Made by a program: the position numbers and the translations under genes. DNA of 64,000 nucleotides from a virus. Positions 16,749 through 27,078 of this stretch are shown here, one piece after another (position 1 is the stretch's first letter; each line of letters starts with the position of its first letter). The stretch lies in the IMG/VR virus record IMGVR_UViG_3300045988_174665, one strand, 5' to 3'. Below the pieces are notes generated by a model, which saw only the letters and a program-made list of their open reading frames with translations, ran no database searches and was not told where the DNA came from.

Positions 16749-17800
16749 TGAGATATCAAGATATAGAAAATAATCTCTCTATTGAGGGCATTAAAAATAT
16801 AATGAAAGGATTAGGAGTATATGCTTTTGAAGAAACTGATAAATATATAATATATCCAACTGTATGTCATCATTATAATGCCGAAGATGGCAGTATGAAA
16901 CTTTATTTTTATAAAAGAAATAAAAGGTTTTATTGTTATACAGAATGTGGACCAATGACTATTTTTCAATTCTTAGAACATTATTATGAAGTTAGAAATA
17001 TTAAATATAATTGGTATCAAGATATATATAATAAAGTATTAAATAATTTAAACATTACCTTTATAAATAATTTTGAAAATTTAACTATAAACCCAAATCT
17101 TTTTGAAAAATATCAGCCACATAAATTACAAGATTTACCAACTTATAATAAAAATATATTAAACACTTTTATTAAATATTATCCAGTAGAATGGTTACAA
17201 GATGGTATTACTCAAGATACTATGGATAAATTTGATATAAAATATTCTATTTCCGAGAATAAAATTATCATTCCTCACTATAATGTTAGGGGTGAATTAG
17301 TAGGGATAAGAGGAAGGGCTTTAAACAAAGAAGAAATAGAAAACTTTGGAAAGTATCGTCCAATTAAAATAGAGAATACTTTATATAGCCACCCTCTATC
17401 TCTTAATCTTTATGGATTAAACTATACTAAAAATAATATTAAAAAAAATGGCTATGCTTTTTTGTTTGAAGCCGAAAAATCTTTAATGCAACTTGATAAC
17501 TTTTCTATGGATAACTGTGGTGTGGCGGTCTGTGGTAGTAATTTTAATAAATATCAATTACAAATACTTTTACGCAGTTGCTATCCAAAAGAAATTATAA
17601 TTTGTTTTGATAAAGAAAACAACGGCTTTGATGATAAATATTTTAATAAATTGTGGAATATAGGGAAAAAATATTCCAATTATTGTAACTTTTCTTTTAT
17701 TTATGATAGAGAAAATTTATTAAATTTAAAGGATTCACCAACTGATAAAGGTGAAGTAATTTTTAAAAAATTATTAGAAAGAAGGACGAGGATAAAATAA
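16748..17800 (+). CDS. DNA primase (zinc-ribbon plus TOPRIM)
   Basis: CHH...CYTEC zinc motif; TOPRIM FEAEKS and CFDKEN acidic motifs. ATG overlaps the helicase stop. Confidence 0.7.
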   Translation: MRYQDIENNLSIEGIKNIMKGLGVYAFEETDKYIIYPTVCHHYNAEDGSMKLYFYKRNKRFYCYTECGPMTIFQFLEHYYEVRNIKYNWYQDIYNKVLNNLNITFINNFENLTINPNLFEKYQPHKLQDLPTYNKNILNTFIKYYPVEWLQDGITQDTMDKFDIKYSISENKIIIPHYNVRGELVGIRGRALNKEEIENFGKYRPIKIENTLYSHPLSLNLYGLNYTKNNIKKNGYAFLFEAEKSLMQLDNFSMDNCGVAVCGSNFNKYQLQILLRSCYPKEIIICFDKENNGFDDKYFNKLWNIGKKYSNYCNFSFIYDRENLLNLKDSPTDKGEVIFKKLLERRTRIK

Positions 17801-19566
17801 TGCAGACAAAATTATTATATGATATAAAAGATAATTATGGTGAAAATTTATTAAGAGAGAGAGGTGTTAAAAATATTCAATCTTTTTTACATCCGGGGTT
17901 TGAAGATTTTGAGCCACCTTCTTTTTTAGATAATATTGGTAAAGCAGCTGACATCTATTTAAATGCTCTTAAAAAAGAAAAAACTCATATAGCTTTAATA
18001 GTTGACTGTGATGTGGATGGATATACCTCTGCGGCGATAATTTATCAATATACTAAAATTATAGCAAAGCTATTTAATTGTGAACCTTTAATTGATTTTT
18101 TTATCCACGAAGGAAAACAGCATGGCTTGCAAGATTTATGGGAAGAAGTTTCTTCTCAGTCTTATGATTTACTAATAATACCTGATGCCAGCAGTAATGA
18201 TGGTCAATATATTAAAGAATTAGATATTCCAACTATAGTATTAGACCACCACTTGATAGAAACAGAAGAGAAAGATTATTTAGATATAAATTCTTTACCG
18301 ACTGCAGCTCTAGTTAATAATCAAAGTTCAGAAAAATGTTTAAATAAGAATTTATCTGGTGCGGGCGTGGTTTATAAATTTATATGGTATTGTGATAGTT
18401 TGTTAGAGATAAAGGAAAAAGATAACTTTATTGACCTAGCAGCTTTAGGTATTTGTGCTGATATGATGAGTGGGCTTGAAGTGGAAAATCAAGCTTTTTG
18501 GAAATATGGGTTTAGTAATCTAAAGAATCCTTTCTTTAAGGCAATAGTTGAAAAACAAGCTTATTCTATTACTGGAGAAACTGCCCCCACAGAAGAAACA
18601 ATTATTAATTGTCTTAATCCAATTACTGTTGCATTTTATGTCGTACCAATGATTAATGCGATGAATAGAGTTGGAACTATGGAAGAAAAAAGAAGAATGT
18701 TTCTAGCCTTTGTAGACGGAAAACGACTTGTACCAAGTAACAAAAGAGGGGCAAAGGGTGAACTTACAGAATTGTGTATAGAAAGCGTAAGAGAGTGTAC
18801 AAATGCTCGTAGTCATCAAAATAAAGACAAAGAAAAAATTACCGAAAAATTAGAAATGAAAATTTTTAAACAAGACCTTTTAGAAAATAAAATTTTGTTT
18901 ATTAGATTAGAAGATGATGATGTTTTTCCGGCAGAACTCAATGGGTTAGTAGCTACAGAGCTTGCACAAAAGTATAAACGACCTACGATTGTTGCCCGTT
19001 TAAATGACCAAGGTTTTATTCGAGGTAGTGCTAGAGGAATTGATGAAAGTAAAATGGAGTCTTTTAAACAATTCTTAAATGATACTAATTTATTTGAATA
19101 TACTCGTGGTCATGATATGGCTTTTGGTATATCTATTAGTAATAATAAATTAATGGATTTTCATAAAATTGCAAACAATCAATTAGCAGATTATGATTTT
19201 GGTAATTCTTATTATAAAGTAGAATTTGAAAGAGAGGGAAATGATAATTCTATCACAAATATAATTAAAGATTTAGATAGATATAAAAATACTTGGTCGC
19301 AAAAAAATCAAGAGCCTCTCATTTCTGTTCAAAATATTAAAATAAATACTAATGACATTATGATAATGGGAAGATTAAAGAATACAATTAAAATTCAATA
19401 TAATGGAGTTTCTTACTTGAAATTTTTTGCCAAAGATTTAATTGAAGAATTAGAATCGTATCGTGGAGATATAACAATCAATATAATAGGTACGGGGAAA
19501 ATTAACAAATGGATGAATAGAGAAACCCCTCAAATCATTATCAAAGAATTAGAAATTCAAAAATAA
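17800..19566 (+). CDS. DHH-family phosphoesterase, RecJ-like exonuclease
   Basis: DHH motifs: VDCDVDGYTS, IIPDASSN, VLDHH, SGAGVVYKF, LGICADMM. Confidence 0.75.
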   Translation: MQTKLLYDIKDNYGENLLRERGVKNIQSFLHPGFEDFEPPSFLDNIGKAADIYLNALKKEKTHIALIVDCDVDGYTSAAIIYQYTKIIAKLFNCEPLIDFFIHEGKQHGLQDLWEEVSSQSYDLLIIPDASSNDGQYIKELDIPTIVLDHHLIETEEKDYLDINSLPTAALVNNQSSEKCLNKNLSGAGVVYKFIWYCDSLLEIKEKDNFIDLAALGICADMMSGLEVENQAFWKYGFSNLKNPFFKAIVEKQAYSITGETAPTEETIINCLNPITVAFYVVPMINAMNRVGTMEEKRRMFLAFVDGKRLVPSNKRGAKGELTELCIESVRECTNARSHQNKDKEKITEKLEMKIFKQDLLENKILFIRLEDDDVFPAELNGLVATELAQKYKRPTIVARLNDQGFIRGSARGIDESKMESFKQFLNDTNLFEYTRGHDMAFGISISNNKLMDFHKIANNQLADYDFGNSYYKVEFEREGNDNSITNIIKDLDRYKNTWSQKNQEPLISVQNIKINTNDIMIMGRLKNTIKIQYNGVSYLKFFAKDLIEELESYRGDITINIIGTGKINKWMNRETPQIIIKELEIQK

Positions 19567-19568
19567 AT

Positions 19569-19597
19569 TTGATTTTTTTATAAAAAAATGATATACT
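19569..19597 (+). promoter_or_regulatory. sigma70-type promoter with extended -10, for the polymerase gene
   Basis: TTGATT (19569-19574), 17-nt spacer, TATACT (19592-19597), with TG at 19589-19590. The spacer is nearly identical to that of the promoter at 14439. Confidence 0.65.
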
Positions 19598-19645
19598 ATT
19601 TATAGAAAATAAAAAGAAATAAAAAAAAAGGAGAGGAGAATTTAA

Positions 19646-22600
19646 ATGGACTTTAAATTTTGGGGGTCGTTACACAATCACACTGACCTCTCCAATTTAA
19701 GATTAAGAGATTCAATTAATAAAGTTGAATCTCTTATTGATTATGCGTTAGAATTGCATCATGAGGTGTTGGCAATCACCGAACACGAAACTATTGCATC
19801 AGCTATAAAAGCAGAAAAATATTATAAAAAAATTAAAGAGAAAAATCCTAATTTTAAATTAATTTTAGGTAATGAAATTTATCTTTGCCGCAATGGATTA
19901 AATTTATCTAATTATAATTCAAAAAAAGATAAATTTTATCATTTTATTTTATTAGCTAAAGATGAGATTGGTCACGAACAAATTAGAGAAATTAGCACCC
20001 GAGCGTGGAGTCATTCTTTTTCTTATCGAAAAATGACAAGAGTACCAACTTATTATCAAGATATTTTAGAAGTGGTAGGAAGAAACCCCGGACATATTAT
20101 AGCGTCAACAGCGTGTTTAGGAGGTTGTCTGCCAACTCAGCTTTTAAGGTATAGAGAAGGTCAAGAACAAGACTCTGAATTATATTCTAAAATTAAATTA
20201 TGGTGTGTTCAATTAAGAGATTTGTTTGGTTCAGGTAATTTTTTCTTGGAAATGCAGCCTTCTTTTAATAAAGAACAAATTTATGTAAATAATAAAATTA
20301 TAGAGTTATCAGAAGAGCTAAATATTCCTTTTATTATAACAACTGATTCGCACTATTTAAAAAAGGAAGATAGACCAATTCATAAGGCTTTCTTAAATTC
20401 CCAAAATGGCGACCGAGAAGTTGATGCTTTTTATGCCACAACTTATTTAATGAATACGGAAGAAATTTGTTCATATATGCAGGAATATATAGGTATGGAT
20501 AATTTACAAAAAGCTTTTGATAATATTGCTTTTATAAAAGATAGTTGTGTAGATTATTCTTTACAAAAGTCATTAAAAATTCCTCGATTAAGTTGGAAAC
20601 AGCCAAATCAAATTAAAAATGTGGAGAAATGGATTAAATTAATTCCAGAATTAGAACTTTTCTTAAATTCTCCTTATGAAGGAGACAATTATCTTGCAAA
20701 ATTAACTATGAATAAGATAGAAGAAGATGCTACTTTACAAAATACAGAAACTTATAAAGAAATTAATGCTTGTTTTAATGATATTTGGGTATCTTCTGAA
20801 GCAAATAAAGCACGATGGAGTAATTATCTTTTAAACCTTCAAAATATTATTGAAGAATGTTGGAAAGCTGGAAGTTTAGTAGGAGCGGGAAGAGGCTCTG
20901 GAGTTGGTTTTTTATTATTATATATCTTAGGAATCACACAAATCAATCCTTTAAGAGAAAAGACAAAAACTTTTAGATTTCGTTTTCTTAATCCAAAAAG
21001 AGTAAGTCCTCTTGATGTTGATATAGATATTGAAGGTTCTAAAAGAGATAATGTATTAGCCGGCTTTAGAAAAACTTACGGTGATGATAGAGTAGCTAAT
21101 GTAATGACTATTAAAACTGAAAAGTCTAAATCAGCTATCTTAACTGCCGCAAGGGGATTAGGAATAGATGTTGATACTGCTCAATACCTTTCTTCAATGA
21201 TAGAGTCGGACAGAGGACAGTTAAGAACTTTAAAACAAACTTTTTATGGTGATGAGGAAAATGGAATTTCTCCTAATAAAACCTTTCAAAATGAAATGAT
21301 TAATAACTATCCCGAGCTATGGGAAGTAGCTCAATATATAGAAGGGTTATGCTGTGGAGTCGGAGTCCACGCTGGAGGAGTTATTTTTGTAGATGAGCCA
21401 TTTACAAAAACTACGGCATTAATGAGGTCACCAAAAGGAGTTATTATAACGCAACTGGATTTACACGACTCTGAATATGTATCAAATATTAAATATGATG
21501 TTTTATCAATTGAAGCTTTGGATAAAATTCATATTTGTTTAGACTTATTAATGGAATATAATTATCTAATTCCCGAGCCAACCCTAAAAGAAACTTATGA
21601 AAAAGTTATTGGTATTTATAATCTTGAAAGAGAAAATAAAGAAATGTGGGAAATGGTTTGGGAACACGAAATTATGAGCTTATTTCAGATGGAACAACAA
21701 AGTGGTATACAAGGTATAGCTATTTTAAAACCTACCTCAGTCGATGAAATGGCAATTTTAAATTCTACAATTCGTTTGATGGCACAGGAAAAAGGCGGAG
21801 AAATGCCAACTCAAAAACTGGCTCGTTTTAAAAATAATCCTAAAGAATGGGATAGAGAGTTGGCTTATTATGGCTTGGGAGAGAAAGAAAAGGCAATTCT
21901 TGAACCAATAGTTGGGATTTCTTATGGTTTGTGTATTGCTCAGGAACAATTTATGCAGTTGGTACAATTACCAGAATTGGGAGGTTTTTCTTTGGAATTT
22001 GCTGATAGATTAAGAAAATCAATTGCAAAAAAGAATCCCGCAGAATTTGAAAAAGTTACTAATGAATTTTTTACAATTACAAAAGAAAAAAATTGTAATC
22101 CAAAATTGTGTAAATACGTATGGAATGTATTAATTTGTATGAGCCGAGGTTATGGTTTTAACCAGTCACACACTTTAGCTTATTCTTTAATTGGTTTACA
22201 AGAAATGAATTTAGCTTTTCATTATCCTTTAATTTTTTGGGATTGTGCTTGTTTAATTGCCGACGCTGGTGGAGACGAAAATGATTTTGAAGAAGAAGAG
22301 GAAGAAAGTGAGGAAGAAGAAAATTATAATAATTGTATAGAAGAATTTGGAGAGGAAGAATTAGAAGAAGAAAATGAAGAAGAAAGTAATAGTAAGACTT
22401 CTAAAAAGAAAGCTAAAAAAACCAACTTTGGAAAAATAGCTATTGCCATTGGAAAAATGAGGGAAGCTGATGTAACAGTAACCCCTCCAGATATAAATTA
22501 TTCAACTTACACTTTCTCACCAGATGTAAAAAATAGTTTAATTCGTTATGGATTAAGTGGAATTACTAGAATTGGCACTGATTTAATTAAGAAAATAATT

Positions 22601-23638
22601 AATTGTCGCCCCTATTCATCTGTAAAAGATTTTATTGAGAAAATTAATCCCACTAAGCCGCAAATGGTTAATTTAATTAAATCTGGAGCTTTTGATAGTT
22701 TCGGAGATAGACAAAAAATTATGTCTGATTATATTAAAAGTATTTGTGGTGAAAAGACTCGTTTAACTTTACAGAATATGAATATGTTAATTAATTTTAA
22801 TTTAATTCCAGAAGAATTAATGTTTGAAAAAAGAGTTTATTGCTTTAATAAATATTTAAAAAATTATAAAGAAGGAATATACTTTTTAATTGATACAATA
22901 GCTTATAATTTCTATTCTGAATATTTTGATGTAGATTTATTAATTCCATTAGAAGATTCTGAGTTTAGTTTTAAAATTTCTCAAAAGGAATGGGATAACA
23001 TTTATCAAAAGAAAATGAATCCAGTTCGAAGGTGGCTTAAAGAAAATAAGGAAATAATTTTAACCAAAATGAATCAACGGCTATATGATGATATGTATAA
23101 AAAATATGGTGCTGGCTCAGTTAGTAAATGGGAAATGGACTCCTGTTCATTTTATTCACATAAGCACGAGTTAGCTGATGTAAAAAAACAAATCTATGGT
23201 TTTGAAAATTTCTTTAGTTTATCTGAGCAACCCGATGTAGATAAGGAAATTGTTATTAAGGGTAAAGAAGTCACATTGTATAATCTTCATCGTATTATTG
23301 GTACTGTTTTAGATAGAAATAAAAATAAGAAAACGGTAACTTTATTAACCACTGATGGAGTAGTTACAGTTAAAATTTTTGGACAAGTCTTTACACAATA
23401 TGATAAACAAGTATCTATAAAAGATGCTACTACTGGTAAGAAAAAGGTAATAGAAAAATCTTGGTTTACCAGAGGTAATAAAATTATTGTAACTGGTATT
23501 CGCAGAGAAGATAATTTTATTGCAAAAAAATATTCTAAAACCCCTTATCATATTGTAGAATTAATTAAAGATATTAATGAAGATGGTACAATAGAAATAC
23601 AGAAAGAGCGTTTTGAAATAGAAGAAGGAGGTGATTAA
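19646..23638 (+). CDS. dnaE: DNA polymerase III alpha subunit (DnaE-type)
   Basis: N-terminal PHP motif LHNHTDLSNL, GRGSGVGFLLLYILGIT, DVDIDIE, GVHAGGV. 1330 aa. Contains an acidic low-complexity insert at about 22270-22420. Confidence 0.92.
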   Translation: MDFKFWGSLHNHTDLSNLRLRDSINKVESLIDYALELHHEVLAITEHETIASAIKAEKYYKKIKEKNPNFKLILGNEIYLCRNGLNLSNYNSKKDKFYHFILLAKDEIGHEQIREISTRAWSHSFSYRKMTRVPTYYQDILEVVGRNPGHIIASTACLGGCLPTQLLRYREGQEQDSELYSKIKLWCVQLRDLFGSGNFFLEMQPSFNKEQIYVNNKIIELSEELNIPFIITTDSHYLKKEDRPIHKAFLNSQNGDREVDAFYATTYLMNTEEICSYMQEYIGMDNLQKAFDNIAFIKDSCVDYSLQKSLKIPRLSWKQPNQIKNVEKWIKLIPELELFLNSPYEGDNYLAKLTMNKIEEDATLQNTETYKEINACFNDIWVSSEANKARWSNYLLNLQNIIEECWKAGSLVGAGRGSGVGFLLLYILGITQINPLREKTKTFRFRFLNPKRVSPLDVDIDIEGSKRDNVLAGFRKTYGDDRVANVMTIKTEKSKSAILTAARGLGIDVDTAQYLSSMIESDRGQLRTLKQTFYGDEENGISPNKTFQNEMINNYPELWEVAQYIEGLCCGVGVHAGGVIFVDEPFTKTTALMRSPKGVIITQLDLHDSEYVSNIKYDVLSIEALDKIHICLDLLMEYNYLIPEPTLKETYEKVIGIYNLERENKEMWEMVWEHEIMSLFQMEQQSGIQGIAILKPTSVDEMAILNSTIRLMAQEKGGEMPTQKLARFKNNPKEWDRELAYYGLGEKEKAILEPIVGISYGLCIAQEQFMQLVQLPELGGFSLEFADRLRKSIAKKNPAEFEKVTNEFFTITKEKNCNPKLCKYVWNVLICMSRGYGFNQSHTLAYSLIGLQEMNLAFHYPLIFWDCACLIADAGGDENDFEEEEEESEEEENYNNCIEEFGEEELEEENEEESNSKTSKKKAKKTNFGKIAIAIGKMREADVTVTPPDINYSTYTFSPDVKNSLIRYGLSGITRIGTDLIKKIINCRPYSSVKDFIEKINPTKPQMVNLIKSGAFDSFGDRQKIMSDYIKSICGEKTRLTLQNMNMLINFNLIPEELMFEKRVYCFNKYLKNYKEGIYFLIDTIAYNFYSEYFDVDLLIPLEDSEFSFKISQKEWDNIYQKKMNPVRRWLKENKEIILTKMNQRLYDDMYKKYGAGSVSKWEMDSCSFYSHKHELADVKKQIYGFENFFSLSEQPDVDKEIVIKGKEVTLYNLHRIIGTVLDRNKNKKTVTLLTTDGVVTVKIFGQVFTQYDKQVSIKDATTGKKKVIEKSWFTRGNKIIVTGIRREDNFIAKKYSKTPYHIVELIKDINEDGTIEIQKERFEIEEGGD

Positions 23639-24791
23639 TATATCTATTGGTATGTTTGATAAAGATTTAAAAACTTTTAAAAATTCACCATTTAATTTGG
23701 AATTAATGAAACTTTCAACTTATTTTAAAGATAGGGGAGAAATTGTTACTTTAGTACCAACTTTCTCTCCAGAAAAACACCAAAAATTTTATTATTGGCA
23801 AGACTACTTTACAGATAATATTACAGAAAAAATTACTCAACCAAATGTTACCATCGGCGGCAGAGCGTTTACTAATGATGTATATAAACCATTAAAAGAA
23901 GAAGTTGAAAGACAAAAGCCTGATGTATTTTTATATTCTAAAATGAACAAAAGGTACTATGATACTAAGGTTGCGACTGAAGGTTTTAGGCTAATGACGA
24001 ATGCAGTTCATCTAAGATTGTCATTAGATGAAAAAAAGGTTTGGGAAGATTTTTATTGCCAAGTGTCTAAAAAAGGTGCTCTTACAATTTTTCTACACGA
24101 TAAAAACTTAAATGATATAGAAGGAGCTAAAGAAGCTGTTGATTTTCTTTTTAAAAAAAATCAAAGAAAAAACACCGCTTTAGCAACAAAATATCCTATT
24201 ATAGTAAATAATTATAAAGACTTAGAAAAATGGTTAAGCATAAGGTCTTCTCTTAATTATTATACAATAATTTATCAAGGAATTATGAAAGATACAGAAT
24301 TGATTGACTTAATGAAAAAACCTTCTCGGCTTATTAATAAAGTGCAATATAATGTAGGGTATGGATGTTCCGATGAGAATCTCTTTTTAAAGAGAGATTT
24401 ACCAAAAATTTTTAGACAAGTAATTTTTTTAAAGAAAAGAGGGCATAAAATTTTACTTTATTGTGAGGAAGAAAAATTTAAAGAAAAAAGGATTCCTCGT
24501 TTAATCCAGTTTTTTAACGCATATTTAAAAAGCTTAGATTATAGGAAGATGCTGAATCCTGAACTTGCTTGTAAATATGATACAATGTATAGTTTTGCCG
24601 ATGCTGTTTTACCTTTTCCTCCCGATTTACGAAAAATGTTTAACAAACAAGAGGTTAGATTTTTATTTAATTTTATTAGAGAAGTTAATCCAGAATTGTT
24701 TGTTGATTTATACGAATGTCGTAATGTTTATTTAAAAGGAGATGAATTTGTTACAGATGTTGAGTACAACAGAAATCAAGAGAAAAATTGA
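23631..24791 (+). CDS. hypothetical protein
   Basis: 386-aa ORF. Start is ambiguous (GTG 23631 or ATG 23652). No catalytic motif recognised. Confidence 0.55.
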   Translation: MINISIGMFDKDLKTFKNSPFNLELMKLSTYFKDRGEIVTLVPTFSPEKHQKFYYWQDYFTDNITEKITQPNVTIGGRAFTNDVYKPLKEEVERQKPDVFLYSKMNKRYYDTKVATEGFRLMTNAVHLRLSLDEKKVWEDFYCQVSKKGALTIFLHDKNLNDIEGAKEAVDFLFKKNQRKNTALATKYPIIVNNYKDLEKWLSIRSSLNYYTIIYQGIMKDTELIDLMKKPSRLINKVQYNVGYGCSDENLFLKRDLPKIFRQVIFLKKRGHKILLYCEEEKFKEKRIPRLIQFFNAYLKSLDYRKMLNPELACKYDTMYSFADAVLPFPPDLRKMFNKQEVRFLFNFIREVNPELFVDLYECRNVYLKGDEFVTDVEYNRNQEKN

Positions 24792-24957
24792 TGAAAATAA
24801 TAAAGTAATACAAGAAATCACCTCTTCTAATCTTTTTGTTTTAAATAATACAGTGGCAAAATTATTAGCAGAAAATCAAGAACTACAAAAGCAATGTCCC
24901 CATCATTTTACCAATGGATATTGTGATTATTGTTATAAGGAGTGTGATAACAATTAA
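24742..24957 (+). CDS. small coiled-coil protein with Cys/His-rich C-terminus
   Basis: Ends with CPHHFTNGYCDYCYKEC. Start could be ATG 24742, TTG 24748 or ATG 24757. Confidence 0.5.
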   Translation: MNLLQMLSTTEIKRKIDENNKVIQEITSSNLFVLNNTVAKLLAENQELQKQCPHHFTNGYCDYCYKECDNN

Positions 24958-25168
24958 TAAGATTATTTTATATACAACCCACTGCCCAAGGTGTGAAGTT
25001 TTAGAAAAGAAATTACAAGAAAAAGGAGTTATTTATGAGATTTCAGAAGATACACAATTTTTAATTGATAATGGCTTTTCTGAAGTACCTATCTTAAAAG
25101 TTGATGATGAATATTTAACTTTTTTAACCGCAGTTGGTTGGTTAAATTCAATTGAGGTGAAAAAATGA
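24944..25168 (+). CDS. nrdH: NrdH/glutaredoxin-like redoxin
   Basis: KIILYTTHCPRCEVLEKKL...VPILKVDDEY is a thioredoxin-fold CxxC redoxin. Start is uncertain: ATG 24914 has no SD, GTG 24944 is 1 nt from AAGGAG, and ATT 24953 has ideal 10-nt spacing. Confidence 0.75.
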   Translation: MITINKIILYTTHCPRCEVLEKKLQEKGVIYEISEDTQFLIDNGFSEVPILKVDDEYLTFLTAVGWLNSIEVKK

Positions 25169-27078
25169 ATATAAATATTAGATTAAATAAAAACTTTACA
25201 ACTCAATTTAATAAATTACTAACTGAATATGGTGAAGAATTTGCTAAGCTGAATGGACTTTCTGATACTTATTTAAATTATACCGATTTTATTGATAATT
25301 TTATTGATAAGGACACGGTTGCCGATGCTTCTATTGATGGTAATGCAAATGTAGGTCATAAAGATATTGTAACTTTACTAAATGAGATGCCAAAGCCGCA
25401 CCGTAAATTGTTAGCTTTAAATAAAATTTATTATGAAATGAATAAAAAATATGGCTTTAAGGAAGCTAATAAATGGCTAACTTTGGAATGGACAAGAGCG
25501 TTATATATGCACGATGCAGATACAAGCACCTTTAAAAGCTATTGTTTTGCATATGACCTCAAAGACTTAGCTGAAAAAGGCTTATTCTTTTTAGAGGGAT
25601 TTAATAGCTCTCCACCAAGACATTTGGGAACTTTTGTTGATTTTATAAAAGAGTATGTTAGCTTTGCCACAAATCGCTCTTCTGGTGCAGTTGGTATGCC
25701 AAATCTTATTCCATATCTATATTATTTCTGGGATAGAGATGTCAAGAATGGTTATTATACTGAAACTCCAGAAAGATATGCTAAACAACATATTCAAAGA
25801 CTTATTTATGGTTTAAATCAACCCTGTACTAGAGATGGCTTACAAAGTGCTTTTACAAACACTTCTATTTTTGACCATCCCTACTTAGAGGCTCTTTTTG
25901 GTGGGGCAATTTTTCCTGACGGAAAATTTATGATTGATGAGATTGAAGGTATTATGAATTTCCAATGGATGTTTTTAGAAGAAATGAGCAACATTCGTAG
26001 TCAGAATATGTTTACTTTCCCCGTTAATACAATTTCTCTTTTGAGAAAAGAAGGTAAGTTTATTGATGAGGATTTTGCAAAGAAAGCTATTAAACATAAT
26101 ATGAAATGGTCAGACAGTAATATTTTTGCCGATAGCTCCGTCAATAGTTTAGCTAATTGTTGTCGTTTAAAATCTAACATTGAAGATTTGGGATTTTTTA
26201 ATAGTATTGGTGGCACGGCATTAAAAGTGGGTTCTGTAAAGGTATCTACAATTAATCTTGCCCGAATTGCATTAGAAACTACAAATGAAAAAGATTTCTT
26301 AAAACTTCTACAAGAAAGGATTAAGGTTAATCTTGAAGCTCTTGATTGCGTACGTCATATAATTGAAAGAGACATTGAAAAAGGACTTTTACCGAATTAT
26401 ACAAAAGGTTTAGTTGACCTTAAAAACCAATATAATACAATTGGAGTTATTGGAATTTATGAAACTATGAAAACTTTTGGCTATGTTTATCAAGATGAGT
26501 TGGATAATTCTTTTTATAAAGATGAAGCTTATAATTTTGGTAGAAAAATTTTCAAAGTGATTCATAACACTAAAGATAATTTTATCTTAGATAAAGATTA
26601 TATGGTAAATGTTGAAGCTATACCTGCAGAACAAGCTGCAGTAAAAATGCAAAAAGCAGATGAACTATTATTTCCCAATAAAGTTGTAAAAGACTTGCCA
26701 CTTTATGGTAATCAATTTATACCTTTAGGAATTAAAACAACATTGCAGGAAAGAATTAAAATCGCCGCAGCTTTTGACAATTTTTGTAACGGTGGCTCGA
26801 TTCTGCACGTAAATTTAGAAGGACCTTTTAGTAATTTTGAGCAAGCTTGGGATATGTTAAATTATATAACTAATCAAGGAGTTACATATTTTGCTTTTAA
26901 TACTAAAATTCAAGCTTGTAAATATAATCACGCTTTCTATGGAAAGACTTGTCCAATTTGTGGAAATCCAGTAGAAAATGAATACACACGAATCGTAGGA
27001 TTTTACACTCCCGTAAGAACCTATTCAAAAGAAAGAAAAGAGGAATTTAAAATGAGAGAGTGGGAGAAAGTTAATTAA
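25165..27078 (+). CDS. nrdD: anaerobic (class III) ribonucleoside-triphosphate reductase
   Basis: Size and layout match. C-terminal Zn site (CKYNH...CPICG) is followed by the glycyl-radical motif TRIVGFYTPV. Confidence 0.88.
   Translation: MNINIRLNKNFTTQFNKLLTEYGEEFAKLNGLSDTYLNYTDFIDNFIDKDTVADASIDGNANVGHKDIVTLLNEMPKPHRKLLALNKIYYEMNKKYGFKEANKWLTLEWTRALYMHDADTSTFKSYCFAYDLKDLAEKGLFFLEGFNSSPPRHLGTFVDFIKEYVSFATNRSSGAVGMPNLIPYLYYFWDRDVKNGYYTETPERYAKQHIQRLIYGLNQPCTRDGLQSAFTNTSIFDHPYLEALFGGAIFPDGKFMIDEIEGIMNFQWMFLEEMSNIRSQNMFTFPVNTISLLRKEGKFIDEDFAKKAIKHNMKWSDSNIFADSSVNSLANCCRLKSNIEDLGFFNSIGGTALKVGSVKVSTINLARIALETTNEKDFLKLLQERIKVNLEALDCVRHIIERDIEKGLLPNYTKGLVDLKNQYNTIGVIGIYETMKTFGYVYQDELDNSFYKDEAYNFGRKIFKVIHNTKDNFILDKDYMVNVEAIPAEQAAVKMQKADELLFPNKVVKDLPLYGNQFIPLGIKTTLQERIKIAAAFDNFCNGGSILHVNLEGPFSNFEQAWDMLNYITNQGVTYFAFNTKIQACKYNHAFYGKTCPICGNPVENEYTRIVGFYTPVRTYSKERKEEFKMREWEKVN

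Noticed and set aside
23631-24791. Radical-SAM/B12-binding-like assignment for the 386-aa protein
   Set aside because: Only a vague N-terminal resemblance (FNLELMKLSTYFKDRGEIV). No CxxxCxxC cluster or other catalytic motif is present, so it is left as hypothetical.
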